Part shown: piece after piece, positions 1 through 9,316 of the stretch | Layout of the letters: each line of letters begins with the position of its first letter | Position numbering within the stretch: the first letter of the stretch is position 1 | From: Peptococcaceae bacterium UBA7702 | Lineage (GTDB): Bacteria; Bacillota; Dehalobacteriia; UBA7702 | Assembly: GCA_002482535.1 (NCBI GenBank) | Contig: DLGE01000008.1 | Coordinates: 15,157 to 79,156, forward strand | Direction of reading: 5' to 3' | Length of the DNA stretch: 64,000 nt | Notes under the pieces: generated by a model | Database searches by the model: none | Told to the model about the DNA's origin: nothing | The model's input: the letters and a program-made list of their open reading frames with translations, nothing else | Program-made: the position numbers and the translations under genes

Positions 1-1
1 T

Positions 2-373
2 TCTTTGACCGCGGCGGACTTTACCGTTTATGAACAGGCCAAAGAGGCCATCAATGCCGTGGTGAAGGCGGCCTGCACCGGTTGCGGCTACTGTATGCCC
101 TGTCCCCACGGGGTCGATATTCCCACTTGTCTGCGCTGTTACAACGCAAAATATGCCGACGGCTGGTATAAAGGGCTCAAGGAATATTTTCTCTGCACTT
201 CAATGAAGAAGGAGGTCTCCGCGGCTTCCCGCTGCATCGGCTGCGGCAAATGCGAAAAGGTCTGTCCCCAGCATTTACCCATTCGCTCATTGCTGAAAGC
301 GGTGCAAAAGGAAATGGAAACCCCCCTTTACCGCCTGGCAAAAAAAGGCGCCGATCTGCTTATGCGGTTTTGA
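2..373 (+). CDS. aldo/keto-reductase-type oxidoreductase, C-terminal Fe-S (ferredoxin-like) domain; 5' end lies outside the window
   Basis: The reading frame is open to the window edge. It has two Cys clusters, CTGCGYCMPCP and CIGCGKCEKVCP. Confidence 0.55.
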   Translation, partial: SLTAADFTVYEQAKEAINAVVKAACTGCGYCMPCPHGVDIPTCLRCYNAKYADGWYKGLKEYFLCTSMKKEVSAASRCIGCGKCEKVCPQHLPIRSLLKAVQKEMETPLYRLAKKGADLLMRF

Positions 374-385
374 CCAAGGAGACTG

Positions 386-943
386 ATGATGAAAAAAACT
401 CTGAAATACGCACCGTTGCTGCTTCTCGTATTGTTGACATTTTCCGCCTGCGACGGCGAAACCACAAAGCAGTCACCCCAAGAGGAAGTGGCAGACAGCG
501 GCGCGGAGATCACTTTAAATACTTTTACCAGCAGTTTCGGCTATACGATGAATTACGATCCGCACCTGTTTTATGTGCTTACCGATGAAAGCAGCGATAA
601 CTTTGAACTGATTGCCAGGCAAAAGGATCAGAGTCCCTCTGTTTACGTTATGGTACAGCGGGTCGGCGGTTATTCGGTGTCGGAATATACTGCCCTTTCG
701 GCAAGCAAAGCCATGAACGGCGTTTACTCTGTGACCGAAACGGCCTTCGGCGCTGATGAACGCGACGCCGTTACCGTGACTTATACAAGTGAAACCGATT
801 TGGGACTTGTATATTACGCAGAAACCAGTGTGAAGGTCGGCAGTGACCTGCTTTGTATCAAAGTCGTCACCTATGACGGTATGCCGGCGAATATCAATAC
901 CGCCATTGAAAAGATGCTGTCTACCTTTGTGGTGAAAGAATAA
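386..943 (+). CDS. putative lipoprotein
   Basis: Signal peptide with lipobox LTFSAC. RBS AAGGAG at 376-381. Confidence 0.6.
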   Translation: MMKKTLKYAPLLLLVLLTFSACDGETTKQSPQEEVADSGAEITLNTFTSSFGYTMNYDPHLFYVLTDESSDNFELIARQKDQSPSVYVMVQRVGGYSVSEYTALSASKAMNGVYSVTETAFGADERDAVTVTYTSETDLGLVYYAETSVKVGSDLLCIKVVTYDGMPANINTAIEKMLSTFVVKE

Positions 944-955
944 GTATGAAAAATG

Positions 956-1004
956 AAAAAAGGTGTCTCAAAAGTCATAAAATGACTTTTGAGACACCTT
1001 TTTA
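956..1004. terminator. bidirectional intrinsic terminator
   Basis: 18-bp perfect stem AGGTGTCTCAAAAGTCAT/ATGACTTTTGAGACACCT, flanked by an A-run and a T-run. It sits between convergent genes. Confidence 0.75.
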
Positions 1005-1028
1005 AGTGTTTTGCGGTAGATCCTTTGC

Positions 1029-1601
1029 TTAAAAGGCGATGATGCCCAGGTGTTCCAATAAGATTTTTGTACCCAGCAAAATCAGGATGGCGCCACCGGC
1101 AAATTCCGCTTTCGCTTTATAGCGAATGCCGAAGAGATTGCCGACCTTGACCCCGACTAAGGAGAGGATGAAGGTGATAATGCCGATGGTCATGACGGCG
1201 GGAACGATGTGTACCTGCAAAAAGGCGAAGGTCACACCGATGGCCAGGGCGTCGATGCTGGTGGCGACGGCGAGGATGAACATGGCTTTGAAGCCCAGGG
1301 AAGCGTCGCCTTTATCATCTTCCTTACTGAAAGCCTCCCGAATCATGTTGATACCGATGAGTGATAGCAAAATAAAGGCGATCCAATGATCGATGGCGGT
1401 GATTTTTTCCTGGAATTGAACGCCCAGCAGATAGCCGATGACCGGCATCAGTCCCTGAAAGATGCCAAACCAGGCGCCGATGACCACGGCGTCTTTGATT
1501 TTGATTCTTTGCATGCTGAGACCTTTGCCTACCGCCACGGCAAAAGCGTCCATGGAGAGGCTAACGGCGATTAGAAACAATTCGATGAAACTCATAAGCA
1601 A
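1029..1601 (-). CDS. mntP: manganese efflux pump MntP
   Basis: 190-aa polytopic protein. The N-terminus [23 protein letters not shown] is typical of the MntP/YebN family. Confidence 0.8.
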   Translation of the reverse strand: MLMSFIELFLIAVSLSMDAFAVAVGKGLSMQRIKIKDAVVIGAWFGIFQGLMPVIGYLLGVQFQEKITAIDHWIAFILLSLIGINMIREAFSKEDDKGDASLGFKAMFILAVATSIDALAIGVTFAFLQVHIVPAVMTIGIITFILSLVGVKVGNLFGIRYKAKAEFAGGAILILLGTKILLEHLGIIAF

Positions 1602-1612
1602 GCTCCTTGGTT

Positions 1613-2239
1613 TTAAAGCAGTTGCAGCAGGTCGGAAATTTTATTGATGGAGGGCGTTTCCGTTTCCAAGTGACCGAAACCGTAAGCGGCATGAAGGAAG
1701 GATACGCCGGCTTTCCCGGCGGCGAGGCGGTCTTTTTCCGTATCGCCGATATAAACCGGGTTTTTTAAGGCAAAAGCAGTGACCAGAGAGCGAATATTTT
1801 CCGCCTTTTCCTTGGCGCGATCGCCGTAACAGAGGGTGGCGCGGAAACAGTCCTCTACGTGGTGATAGTGGAGAAACGCTTCGATGTAGCCGCTGTCGCA
1901 GTTGCTGACGATGAACAGGGGCAGGCGTTCTTTTAAGCGCCTTAAAGTTTCTTCGACGCCGGGGTAAAGAATCCCGCCAAGCTTTGGCAGTTCTTTGCGT
2001 TCCGCCTCTCCGCAGAGGGCCATCAGCGCTTCGCGGCGCTGAGGGGGCAGGCCGGGGAAAAGTTTGTCGCCGATTTCTTTTGTGTTCAGACCCATGATGT
2101 TTTTGATCTCATTTTCGCTGAAAACTTTTTGGACATCGGGCTCTTTGGCGACGGCTCGATTCCAAGTGGCGGTAACGCTTTTCACCGCGTTCCATAGTGT
2201 GCCGTCAAGATCAAAAATCATGCTGTCAAAGGATCCCAT
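1613..2239 (-). CDS. HAD-superfamily hydrolase (phosphoglycolate phosphatase-like)
   Basis: Motif I is FDLDGTLW. It lies 11 nt upstream of mntP on the same strand. Confidence 0.75.
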   Translation of the reverse strand: MGSFDSMIFDLDGTLWNAVKSVTATWNRAVAKEPDVQKVFSENEIKNIMGLNTKEIGDKLFPGLPPQRREALMALCGEAERKELPKLGGILYPGVEETLRRLKERLPLFIVSNCDSGYIEAFLHYHHVEDCFRATLCYGDRAKEKAENIRSLVTAFALKNPVYIGDTEKDRLAAGKAGVSFLHAAYGFGHLETETPSINKISDLLQLL

Positions 2240-2536
2240 GATACGTTTCCCCCCATGCGTAAACTCAATACGTTTATTATATCATACGCGTCAACTCCAT
2301 GGCTTGGTTTTGCGGATACACAAAGCGAAGCAGGGAAATTCATGAAAAGATCGCTTTTTTCAACACCTTAAGAAAAAATTTTTGGAAGCAAAACGCCTGC
2401 TCAGAGCATTGCAACCATTCTAAGCAGGCATTTTTTCGGAATTTTTTCAAAAAAAGGCTTTTCAAAAGCGGAAAAATGTGTATAATAGGTAACGAACCCT
2501 TTTAGGAAAGGACTTATAGAACGGAGGAATATACAA

Positions 2537-2845
2537 ATGGCAGTACCTAAAATCAGTGCAGAAGACAGAGCAAAAGCATTGGAGAAAGCTCAGAAAGTAA
2601 GAAAAGAACGTGCCGCGATGCGTGAAAACATGAAGGCCGGCAAAATGGCGATGAAAGACGTCATCGCAAAAAAAGACGATGATGTTGTCGGCGGCATGAG
2701 AGTGAAATATGTTCTCGAGTCCATGCCTGGCATCGGCAAAGTCCGCGCCAAAGAAATCATGGAACAGATCGGTATCGATGAAAACCGCAAAATCAAAGGA
2801 CTCGGTTCCCGTCAGGAAGCCGCTCTGCTCGAAAGACTGAAATAA
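2537..2845 (+). CDS. integration host factor MihF-like small HhH DNA-binding protein
   Basis: 102 aa. ESMPGIGKVRAKEIMEQIGI...GLGSRQEAALLE matches the actinobacterial-type IHF pattern. RBS GGAGG at 2524-2528. Confidence 0.65.
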   Translation: MAVPKISAEDRAKALEKAQKVRKERAAMRENMKAGKMAMKDVIAKKDDDVVGGMRVKYVLESMPGIGKVRAKEIMEQIGIDENRKIKGLGSRQEAALLERLK

Positions 2846-2896
2846 GCTCCGTATTTTTATATCAATCATACCATAAACGTAAATTAGCTGTGAAAA

Positions 2897-2926
2897 GCGT
2901 TGGGTTATTATACCCAACGCTTTTTT
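2897..2926 (+). terminator. intrinsic terminator
   Basis: Stem GCGTTGGGT/ACCCAACGC followed by TTTTTT. Confidence 0.7.
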
Positions 2927-3023
2927 GATTTACCGGCCGTTGCCTGTGGCAGAATGACTGGTTTTTCAAAGGGTCGGCTGTTTCCGATTCCCAGGCAAGG
3001 TTATTCGGTGTACAATTCGGTTC

Positions 3024-3052
3024 TTGTTTTTTTACAGGGGGTCATATATAAT
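3024..3052 (+). promoter_or_regulatory. sigma-A-like promoter
   Basis: TTGTTT, 17-nt spacer, TATAAT. Confidence 0.45.
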
Positions 3053-3101
3053 ATACCTAAATAACAATGGGAGTTTCTCCTTCATACGGAGGCCATATAA
3101 C

Positions 3102-4307
3102 GTGAACAAAGATGATTTTAACGTCAGAAAAAGCATAAGTTCCTTGACAAAGAAAAAAACGCAAAGTAAGGGCCAAGGCAAAGACCGCCGAAAAAAGCCG
3201 GCGGATGGCCCGAGAGAAGTTGGGAACAGTCAAGGGCCGCGCCGCGTTTCCCCCTTTCCAGGCATACCGGTAATCCGGCAAACCGTCATCGCCGTGGTCG
3301 TTTGCTGCGCTCTGTTTCTGGCGGTGGGTTTTGCCCTCTTTTCCGCGACTCAGAGGGAAATCAACGATCTCAAAAATGATCTCAAAGCATATACCACCGA
3401 TGGCGTCGTTTCCGCCGGTTTTGTTGATGAAACCGTCGGTCTCTGCTTAGAGGCTGTCGGCGCCAGGGTCGATTTTATGCAAACCGTGATGGACAAGGCC
3501 AGCGACGGTACGATGAGCAACAGTGATTTTCAGTGGTTTGGCAGTGAGCTCACGGCGGTGAAAGCTGAAGCCACGACCCTTGTACAAATCCTCGACGAGG
3601 TGGATGCCGGGGAAGCTGCGGAAAAAACTTTTAACGATGAAATACAGAAACCGTTATCGGCCCTGGAAACAGCTTACAATGAATTGGAAGTCAGTGACGA
3701 CGATGTGGCCAGCACCAATTTAGGGGATGACGGCGCTGCCACCGATACGGGTTCCTTTAAACTGCAAACCGGTGTCAAAGGGGCGTTGAAGTGGATTGTA
3801 ATTTTGATTCTCCTCATCGTACTGGCATTGTTGAGCTTCTTATTCCGCAAAAAAATCGGCGGTTTGGGCCACCGCCTTTTCGGCAAAAAAGGCGTAAAAA
3901 AAGAAAAGCAGGGGAAGCGAAGCAAAAGCCGTAATCCCGAAGAATATATTGCCGTTGATCACGACGCCAAAGACGCGGCGGAGGTCGCCGCAAGCGAAAT
4001 CCCCCAGGCTCATCAGGAGGGAAAAACCCAAAAACCCAGTTTCGCTTTTGAGGAGCAACCCCAGGAAATGGCCGCCAAACCCTCTGCCGAAGAAGTGGAA
4101 GGGGATCCTTTGGACCGTTTGGCGCCCTCCTTCCGGGTCATGGCATCGTTGGAAAAAGCCAAAGCGGCGCCGGCAGCGGATACGCCGCCCCCGCCGTCGC
4201 GGAGTGTTCCCGAAGAGGATTTGATGGACTTTGATCCTGGGGTGGAAGGTCAGGCGGAGATCGATGATGATGAGGATCCTCTGTTCAGCAAAGGCGAAGA
4301 GAATTAA
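3102..4307 (+). CDS. two-TM membrane protein with K/R-rich N-tail, helical ectodomain and acidic Pro/Ser/Thr-rich C-tail; function unknown
   Basis: GTG start 8 nt after GGAGG (3089-3093). TM segments are VIAVVVCCALFLAVGFALF and WIVILILLIVLALLSFLF. Confidence 0.6.
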   Translation: MNKDDFNVRKSISSLTKKKTQSKGQGKDRRKKPADGPREVGNSQGPRRVSPFPGIPVIRQTVIAVVVCCALFLAVGFALFSATQREINDLKNDLKAYTTDGVVSAGFVDETVGLCLEAVGARVDFMQTVMDKASDGTMSNSDFQWFGSELTAVKAEATTLVQILDEVDAGEAAEKTFNDEIQKPLSALETAYNELEVSDDDVASTNLGDDGAATDTGSFKLQTGVKGALKWIVILILLIVLALLSFLFRKKIGGLGHRLFGKKGVKKEKQGKRSKSRNPEEYIAVDHDAKDAAEVAASEIPQAHQEGKTQKPSFAFEEQPQEMAAKPSAEEVEGDPLDRLAPSFRVMASLEKAKAAPAADTPPPPSRSVPEEDLMDFDPGVEGQAEIDDDEDPLFSKGEEN

Positions 4308-4338
4308 ATCGCGGCTTGAAAGCCGGGGAAGGGCGTTT

Positions 4339-5412
4339 ATGGGAGCCATCGGACAATACTATTACAAAGATATCAAAGGCGCCGGCGGCCGCGTCAAAAT
4401 CACTCCCGGGTTTGAATCCTATGATAGGGTCTTTTGTAAACCAGGGGTTTTCCCCCAGGGGGAAACGGCGCCGCCCGCTTTGATATACGACCGCAGCGCC
4501 GCCTTTTACTTCGTCGGCAGGGAAGAACGCTATTTTGACGACCGAGAAAAAGATGAGATTACTGTGCGCCACGGCTTTCTTTTTCCTTTGACGCTCTTTA
4601 CGGACCATGTTTTCGGCGCGAAGCTCTATCGCTTTTTTGACATTGGAGATTTTGATTGTACTGCCGCCGGTTTTGATCAGGAAGAGATGCTGTCGGCGAA
4701 AAATAAATTGACGGTTACCGGCGACTGCTGCGATTTTTTGCGCCCCGCCGATGTTTTTTGGCAATGCAAAGAGACGCCCCGGTTTGTTAAACTGCTGCTT
4801 TATGCCTCATTGATGGCGGTGACCGAAGAGTTTTCCCTGATCTTCGCCTTGCCGGATTTAAACGCCGAGACGTATCATAAAACCGCTGTTTCGATGCTAA
4901 AGAGTATTTTCGCCATGATCCCTTGGGAGCTGCGGGAATATTTGACATTCCATACCTGCGTTGACGATCAGTATGCCCTGGGAAATTTTAAAATCAGCTT
5001 CACGTCCTTTCCCGATGAGCGGCTGCGCAAGAGCAACCGTAGTTTCTATTTCGATTTAAAGAACAACAAAGTGACCCCCGATCTCGTCATCGAACAGAAG
5101 ATCAGGGGTACTGTCAGCGGGGATCTCCTTTATCTGATCTGGTTTTACCGGGACGAAAAGGCGCTTTCCGCTTTGTTTTATATCTTTCATCATAATCGCG
5201 GGTTGCTGGGGGAAGACGCTCCCCGGATGGTGCTGATCGATGCTCTGTCTTGCTATTTTCTGCTGACAAAAGTCGGCGAAAAATATAGAGGTCTGCTCAA
5301 AGAGGAACTTTCCCGGATCAGCAAAGGCGCTTCCCGGGAGATTCTGCTCTGTCTTGCCGGCCACCTCACCGATGGGGAATTTACGAACCTTCGGGAAATG
5401 CTGCAAATATAA
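4339..5412 (+). CDS. hypothetical soluble protein (357 aa), no motif recognised
   Basis: ATG preceded by GGGGAAGGG. It lies between the membrane protein gene and the FHA-RodA gene on the same strand. Confidence 0.55.
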   Translation: MGAIGQYYYKDIKGAGGRVKITPGFESYDRVFCKPGVFPQGETAPPALIYDRSAAFYFVGREERYFDDREKDEITVRHGFLFPLTLFTDHVFGAKLYRFFDIGDFDCTAAGFDQEEMLSAKNKLTVTGDCCDFLRPADVFWQCKETPRFVKLLLYASLMAVTEEFSLIFALPDLNAETYHKTAVSMLKSIFAMIPWELREYLTFHTCVDDQYALGNFKISFTSFPDERLRKSNRSFYFDLKNNKVTPDLVIEQKIRGTVSGDLLYLIWFYRDEKALSALFYIFHHNRGLLGEDAPRMVLIDALSCYFLLTKVGEKYRGLLKEELSRISKGASREILLCLAGHLTDGEFTNLREMLQI

Positions 5413-5442
5413 GTGATTTTTACGATGTGAGGAGAAGCAGTT

Positions 5443-7227
5443 TTGTCTTTCGGAGAAACGTTTTTGCAACCCTTATTTGAATTTTTTACGGCCCACCCCG
5501 AAGCCGGCGGCTGGTATACGACGTTTGCCCGTTGGGTTTTTCCACTGCTTGCCGTTATCTTGCTGGTGAAGGTCGTGCGCTCCCTGCTACAGGCGGAAAA
5601 TCCCGCCGAAGTATGGGCGAATTTGCGTTTTCCCAACGGCAATGAAGTGCCGCTGACCCATTGGGAAAATGTCATCGGCCGGGCAAAATCCGCCGACGTC
5701 ATCGTGGCTTTCCCCACAGTATCCCGGAACCATGGCACCCTGGTCCGGGACGAAAACGGGGTATGGTACTACAATGATTTAAACTCCAAGAGCGGTTCAC
5801 TGATGAATGGTACGCCGGTGACGGAAAAGACGCCGATCTCTTTCGTGGACACGCTGACCATCGGCGGCGGTGATTTTAAACTGATGCCGGTTTCCGCCAA
5901 GGAGCGACGGAAAAACGTCAAAAAGCGGCTTTTCTTTTCCCGTCCCGAATCGCCCTGGAGTGCCCTTCTGTTGTTGACGGTGTTCCAGTTCTTGGCGGCC
6001 TTTCAGTTTATCGCCGCTTACGGCGCGGAGTGCCCCGTTATGGCTCCCGTCTGCCTCATTGGTCTTTCGGTGGTGATGTGGGTTTATTATTTCGCCATGC
6101 GCGCTGTTCACCGCGTGGCATTTGAAATGGAAACCATCGCGTTTTTCCTTTCGACCTTGGGGCTTTGCGTCTGCTCTACCGCGGCCCAAGACGATATCTT
6201 CAAACAATTCGTCGCCATTTTGCTGGGGCTCGGCCTGTTTCTGCTGATCAGCTGGTTTTTACAGGATCTGGACCGCTGCAAAAAGGTGCGTTTGCCCTTG
6301 GTCGTTCTCGCCGTGATCGCCCTTGGCATCAACCTGCTTTTCGGTCAGATCACTTACGGCGCGCAAAACTGGGTTTCCATCGGCGGCCTTTCGGTGCAGC
6401 CTTCGGAATTGGTCAAACTGGCCTTTGTCTTTGCCGGTGCGGCAACCTTGGACGAGCTGTTCCAAAAAGGCAACCTCACCTTATACGTGGTTTTTTCCGC
6501 CGTCTGTTTCGCCGCCTTAGGCATCATGGGCGACTTCGGCACAGCTTTGATCTTTTTTGTGACTTTCGTCGTCATTTCTTTCCTGCGTTCCGGCGATTTT
6601 TCCAAACTGATTCTGATTTTGGGCGGCGCCGCTTTTGGCGGCATGATGATTTTACGCTTTAAACCGTATATCGCCAGCCGTTTCGCGGCCTGGGGACACG
6701 TTTGGGAATACGCCAGTACCACCGGGTATCAACAGACGAGAACCATGTCGGCGGCGGCCAGCGGCGGTTTGGTGGGTGTCGGCGGCGGCAACGGCTGGCT
6801 GCATACGGTGGCAGCCAGTGAAACGGACCTGATTTTTGGCGTCCTTGCCGAGGAATGGGGACTGCTCATCGCTGTCCTTGCTGTGCTCTGCATTCTCACT
6901 TTGGCGGTCTTCGCCGTGAAATCCATCTCTTCGGGGAGAAGCGCCTTTTATACGATTGCTGCCTGCGCCGGCACAACCCTCCTGGTCATGCAGACGATTC
7001 TCAACGTCTTCGGTTCCGTGGACCTTTTGCCCCTCACCGGGGTGACCTTTCCCTTCGTCTCCTGCGGTGGTACCAGCGTGATGGTCTCCTGGGGTATCCT
7101 GGCCTTTTTGAAGGCCGCCGATACGCGGCAAAACGCCAGCTTTGCTGTGCGCTTGCCGGAGAAAAGAGATCTTCCCAGCAAAAAAGCGAAAAAAGCGAAG
7201 AGAGGGATGCATTATGAAGAAACTTGA
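5443..7227 (+). CDS. FtsW/RodA/SpoVE (SEDS) family protein with N-terminal TM helix + FHA domain
   Basis: TTG start 8 nt after GAGGAG. FHA-like core VIGRAKSADVIV..VSRNHGTLVRDENGVWYYNDLNSKSGSLMNG, followed by about 10 TM segments typical of SEDS proteins. Confidence 0.8.
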   Translation: MSFGETFLQPLFEFFTAHPEAGGWYTTFARWVFPLLAVILLVKVVRSLLQAENPAEVWANLRFPNGNEVPLTHWENVIGRAKSADVIVAFPTVSRNHGTLVRDENGVWYYNDLNSKSGSLMNGTPVTEKTPISFVDTLTIGGGDFKLMPVSAKERRKNVKKRLFFSRPESPWSALLLLTVFQFLAAFQFIAAYGAECPVMAPVCLIGLSVVMWVYYFAMRAVHRVAFEMETIAFFLSTLGLCVCSTAAQDDIFKQFVAILLGLGLFLLISWFLQDLDRCKKVRLPLVVLAVIALGINLLFGQITYGAQNWVSIGGLSVQPSELVKLAFVFAGAATLDELFQKGNLTLYVVFSAVCFAALGIMGDFGTALIFFVTFVVISFLRSGDFSKLILILGGAAFGGMMILRFKPYIASRFAAWGHVWEYASTTGYQQTRTMSAAASGGLVGVGGGNGWLHTVAASETDLIFGVLAEEWGLLIAVLAVLCILTLAVFAVKSISSGRSAFYTIAACAGTTLLVMQTILNVFGSVDLLPLTGVTFPFVSCGGTSVMVSWGILAFLKAADTRQNASFAVRLPEKRDLPSKKAKKAKRGMHYEET

Positions 7228-8566
7228 ACGCCGGGCCATCATCTCCCTGCTCCTTGCGGCCTTTCTCTTTTTGGGTCTGATTTTTTTCTGTTTTCGTTTT
7301 GTGGTCAATGGCAGCCAATGGGCCTCGTTCCCTGCCAACCGGCATCTCTTTGCCGACGGCGCTTTGGATCGCGGTTCCATCTATGATGTCAACGGTAATT
7401 TGCTGTTGGAAAATACCGAAAGCGGGGCAATCTATCATGACGATCAGAGCATCCGCAAAGCTACGTTACACGTGGTGGGAGATGTGTCCGGCAATATTTC
7501 CACCGGTGCGGAAACAAAGTTCGCCGGTAAACTGACGGGTTATAATTTCATCAACGGCACTTATGCCAAAAACAGCGCCGGCCGCAATCTCTATCTGACC
7601 ATTGACGCCAATGTCTGTAAAACGGCTTACGCGGCATTGAACGGCCATAGCGGTACGGTGGGGGTCTACAATTACAAGACAGGAAAGATCGTCTGTCTGG
7701 TCAGTTCCCCGTCCTATGACCCCAATCAGGGCATCGACAGCGCTTCCGCCGCGGAAGAGGGCTATTACATCAACCGTTTCTTTTCCGCTGCCTTCGTTCC
7801 CGGTTCCACCTTTAAAACCGTGACCGCGGCGGCGGTGATTGAACAGATGGATGGCTACGAAAACTGGAGTTATGACTGTACCGGTTCGTATACTCTGGGC
7901 AATGACACCATCACCTGCCCCTCTGTCCACGGTACCGTCGATTTTGAAGACGCTCTCTGCGTTTCCTGCAACTGCGCATTTGCCAACCTGACCCTTTCCT
8001 TAGGGGCTGATACCATGGAGGATTACGTGGATCAGCTGGGTTTGACGAATTCTTATAATATCAACGGCATTGCCACGAAGGCCGGTTCCTTTTCCTTTTC
8101 CGAGGATCATGAGGCTGCTTTGGCCTGGGCCGGCATCGGTCAGTCGGAAGATTTGGTCAACCCCTGTTCCATGATGATTTATATGGGGGCCATCGCCAAC
8201 CATGGCCGCGTCGTCGTACCCCAGATCGTCTCTGCGGTGAAGACCTCTGGCAATTTTCCTTTAAGCATTTATATTCCGAAGCCGCGGACGAAGTTGATCA
8301 GCAGCGATACAGCCACCACGCTAAAGGCCATGATGCGCAATAACGTGGTCAATAATTACGGGGAAGGCGGTTTGTCCGGTTACAATCTTTGCGCCAAATC
8401 TGGAACCGCGGAGGTGGGGGACGGAACCTCTCACGCCTGGTTCGTCGGGTTTCTCGACAGTGAGGAGAATCCTTATGCCTTTGTCGTTTTGGTGGAACAC
8501 GGCGGCAGCGGCGCAAGGGTTGCCGGTTCCGTGGCAAACACAGTTTTACAGGCCATTGTAAATTAG
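7214..8566 (+). CDS. class B penicillin-binding protein (transpeptidase, PBP2-like)
   Basis: Motifs STFK, SCN and KSGT. N-terminal TM anchor. The start overlaps the stop of the SEDS gene. Confidence 0.85.
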   Translation: MKKLERRAIISLLLAAFLFLGLIFFCFRFVVNGSQWASFPANRHLFADGALDRGSIYDVNGNLLLENTESGAIYHDDQSIRKATLHVVGDVSGNISTGAETKFAGKLTGYNFINGTYAKNSAGRNLYLTIDANVCKTAYAALNGHSGTVGVYNYKTGKIVCLVSSPSYDPNQGIDSASAAEEGYYINRFFSAAFVPGSTFKTVTAAAVIEQMDGYENWSYDCTGSYTLGNDTITCPSVHGTVDFEDALCVSCNCAFANLTLSLGADTMEDYVDQLGLTNSYNINGIATKAGSFSFSEDHEAALAWAGIGQSEDLVNPCSMMIYMGAIANHGRVVVPQIVSAVKTSGNFPLSIYIPKPRTKLISSDTATTLKAMMRNNVVNNYGEGGLSGYNLCAKSGTAEVGDGTSHAWFVGFLDSEENPYAFVVLVEHGGSGARVAGSVANTVLQAIVN

Positions 8567-8614
8567 CACACGTAAAAAAAGGGCTTTGTTTAAGAAGAAG
8601 CCCCGTCAATTAGG

Positions 8615-8651
8615 AGTCGGTTTCTGATAAAAGTCAGAAGCCGACTTTTTT
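8615..8651 (+). terminator. intrinsic terminator
   Basis: AGTCGGTTTCTGA..GTCAGAAGCCGACT followed by TTTTT. Confidence 0.7.
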
Positions 8652-8820
8652 ATTACGGTTATGATACCCCCGGTTTTTAAATGTTGTATCATTCCTTTGC
8701 GATAAAGGAGCAGACGGCATGTGAAAAAAGTTAATAAAGTGTAGAAATAGTGTTGTGTTTCGTAAAAAAACTGCTATAATAACAAAAGAAAATAAGTATA
8801 CACATGAAAGGACTTATCTT

Positions 8821-9210
8821 ATGGAAAAATACGCTGTTGGTGAAAACGTGCCAATGAAGTTTCACAAAGCATTGGTTTACGTGCTGATTCCATTATCCCT
8901 CCTGATTTCCGTGATTACCTTTATTGTTCTGCTCGGAACGGTGTTTTACGCGCCGGTATTGTCGATTTTGCTGCTGATCATCTTGGCCGGCTCCTTTGCC
9001 CTTTCTTTGGCGGCGGAAATCCTGCTGCTGCAAATGCGCAGAACCGGTATTATCCTGCTTTATGTGGGGTATGGTTTGTCCGTTGTCAGTTCCCTGATTA
9101 CGTTGTTAACGGATTTTACGCTCAATAACATCATCTCTCTGGTATTGATGGCCGGAATCATCATTTTGATTTATATTTATTACGAAAAACGAACCGCTCT
9201 CTTCCATTAA
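8821..9210 (+). CDS. small polytopic membrane protein, unknown function
   Basis: 129 aa with about 4 hydrophobic helices. ATG follows GAAAGGA. An extended -10 (TGCTATAAT) lies near 8771-8779. Confidence 0.5.
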   Translation: MEKYAVGENVPMKFHKALVYVLIPLSLLISVITFIVLLGTVFYAPVLSILLLIILAGSFALSLAAEILLLQMRRTGIILLYVGYGLSVVSSLITLLTDFTLNNIISLVLMAGIIILIYIYYEKRTALFH

Positions 9211-9255
9211 GTAAACAGGTACGTAAGCAGGTTCGTAAAACAACGGATGATTTTG

Positions 9256-9301
9256 AAGAGAGTTCGTTTCTGATCTTTGATCAGAAACGAACTCTCTTTT
9301 T
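9256..9301. terminator. bidirectional intrinsic terminator
   Basis: 20-bp perfect stem AAGAGAGTTCGTTTCTGATC/GATCAGAAACGAACTCTCTT, T-run on the plus side. Confidence 0.75.
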
Positions 9302-9316
9302 GTCAAATTTTTTCTA

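Noticed and set aside
1602-2460. A yybP-ykoY manganese riboswitch upstream of mntP.
   Set aside because: mntP starts 11 nt after the HAD gene. The leader of the HAD gene is only about 30 nt after a TGATATAAT extended -10. No conserved riboswitch helices are visible.
3024-3101. Upstream extensions of listed ORFs: 3024-3101, 4231-4338, 7142-7213, 8755-8820, 16841-16996, 19493-19537, 20586-20651, 21026-21136, 43652-43678, 44711-44740 and 48140-48256.
   Set aside because: In each case an internal start with a proper RBS and a typical family N-terminus exists. The extension overlaps the preceding gene, a promoter or a terminator.
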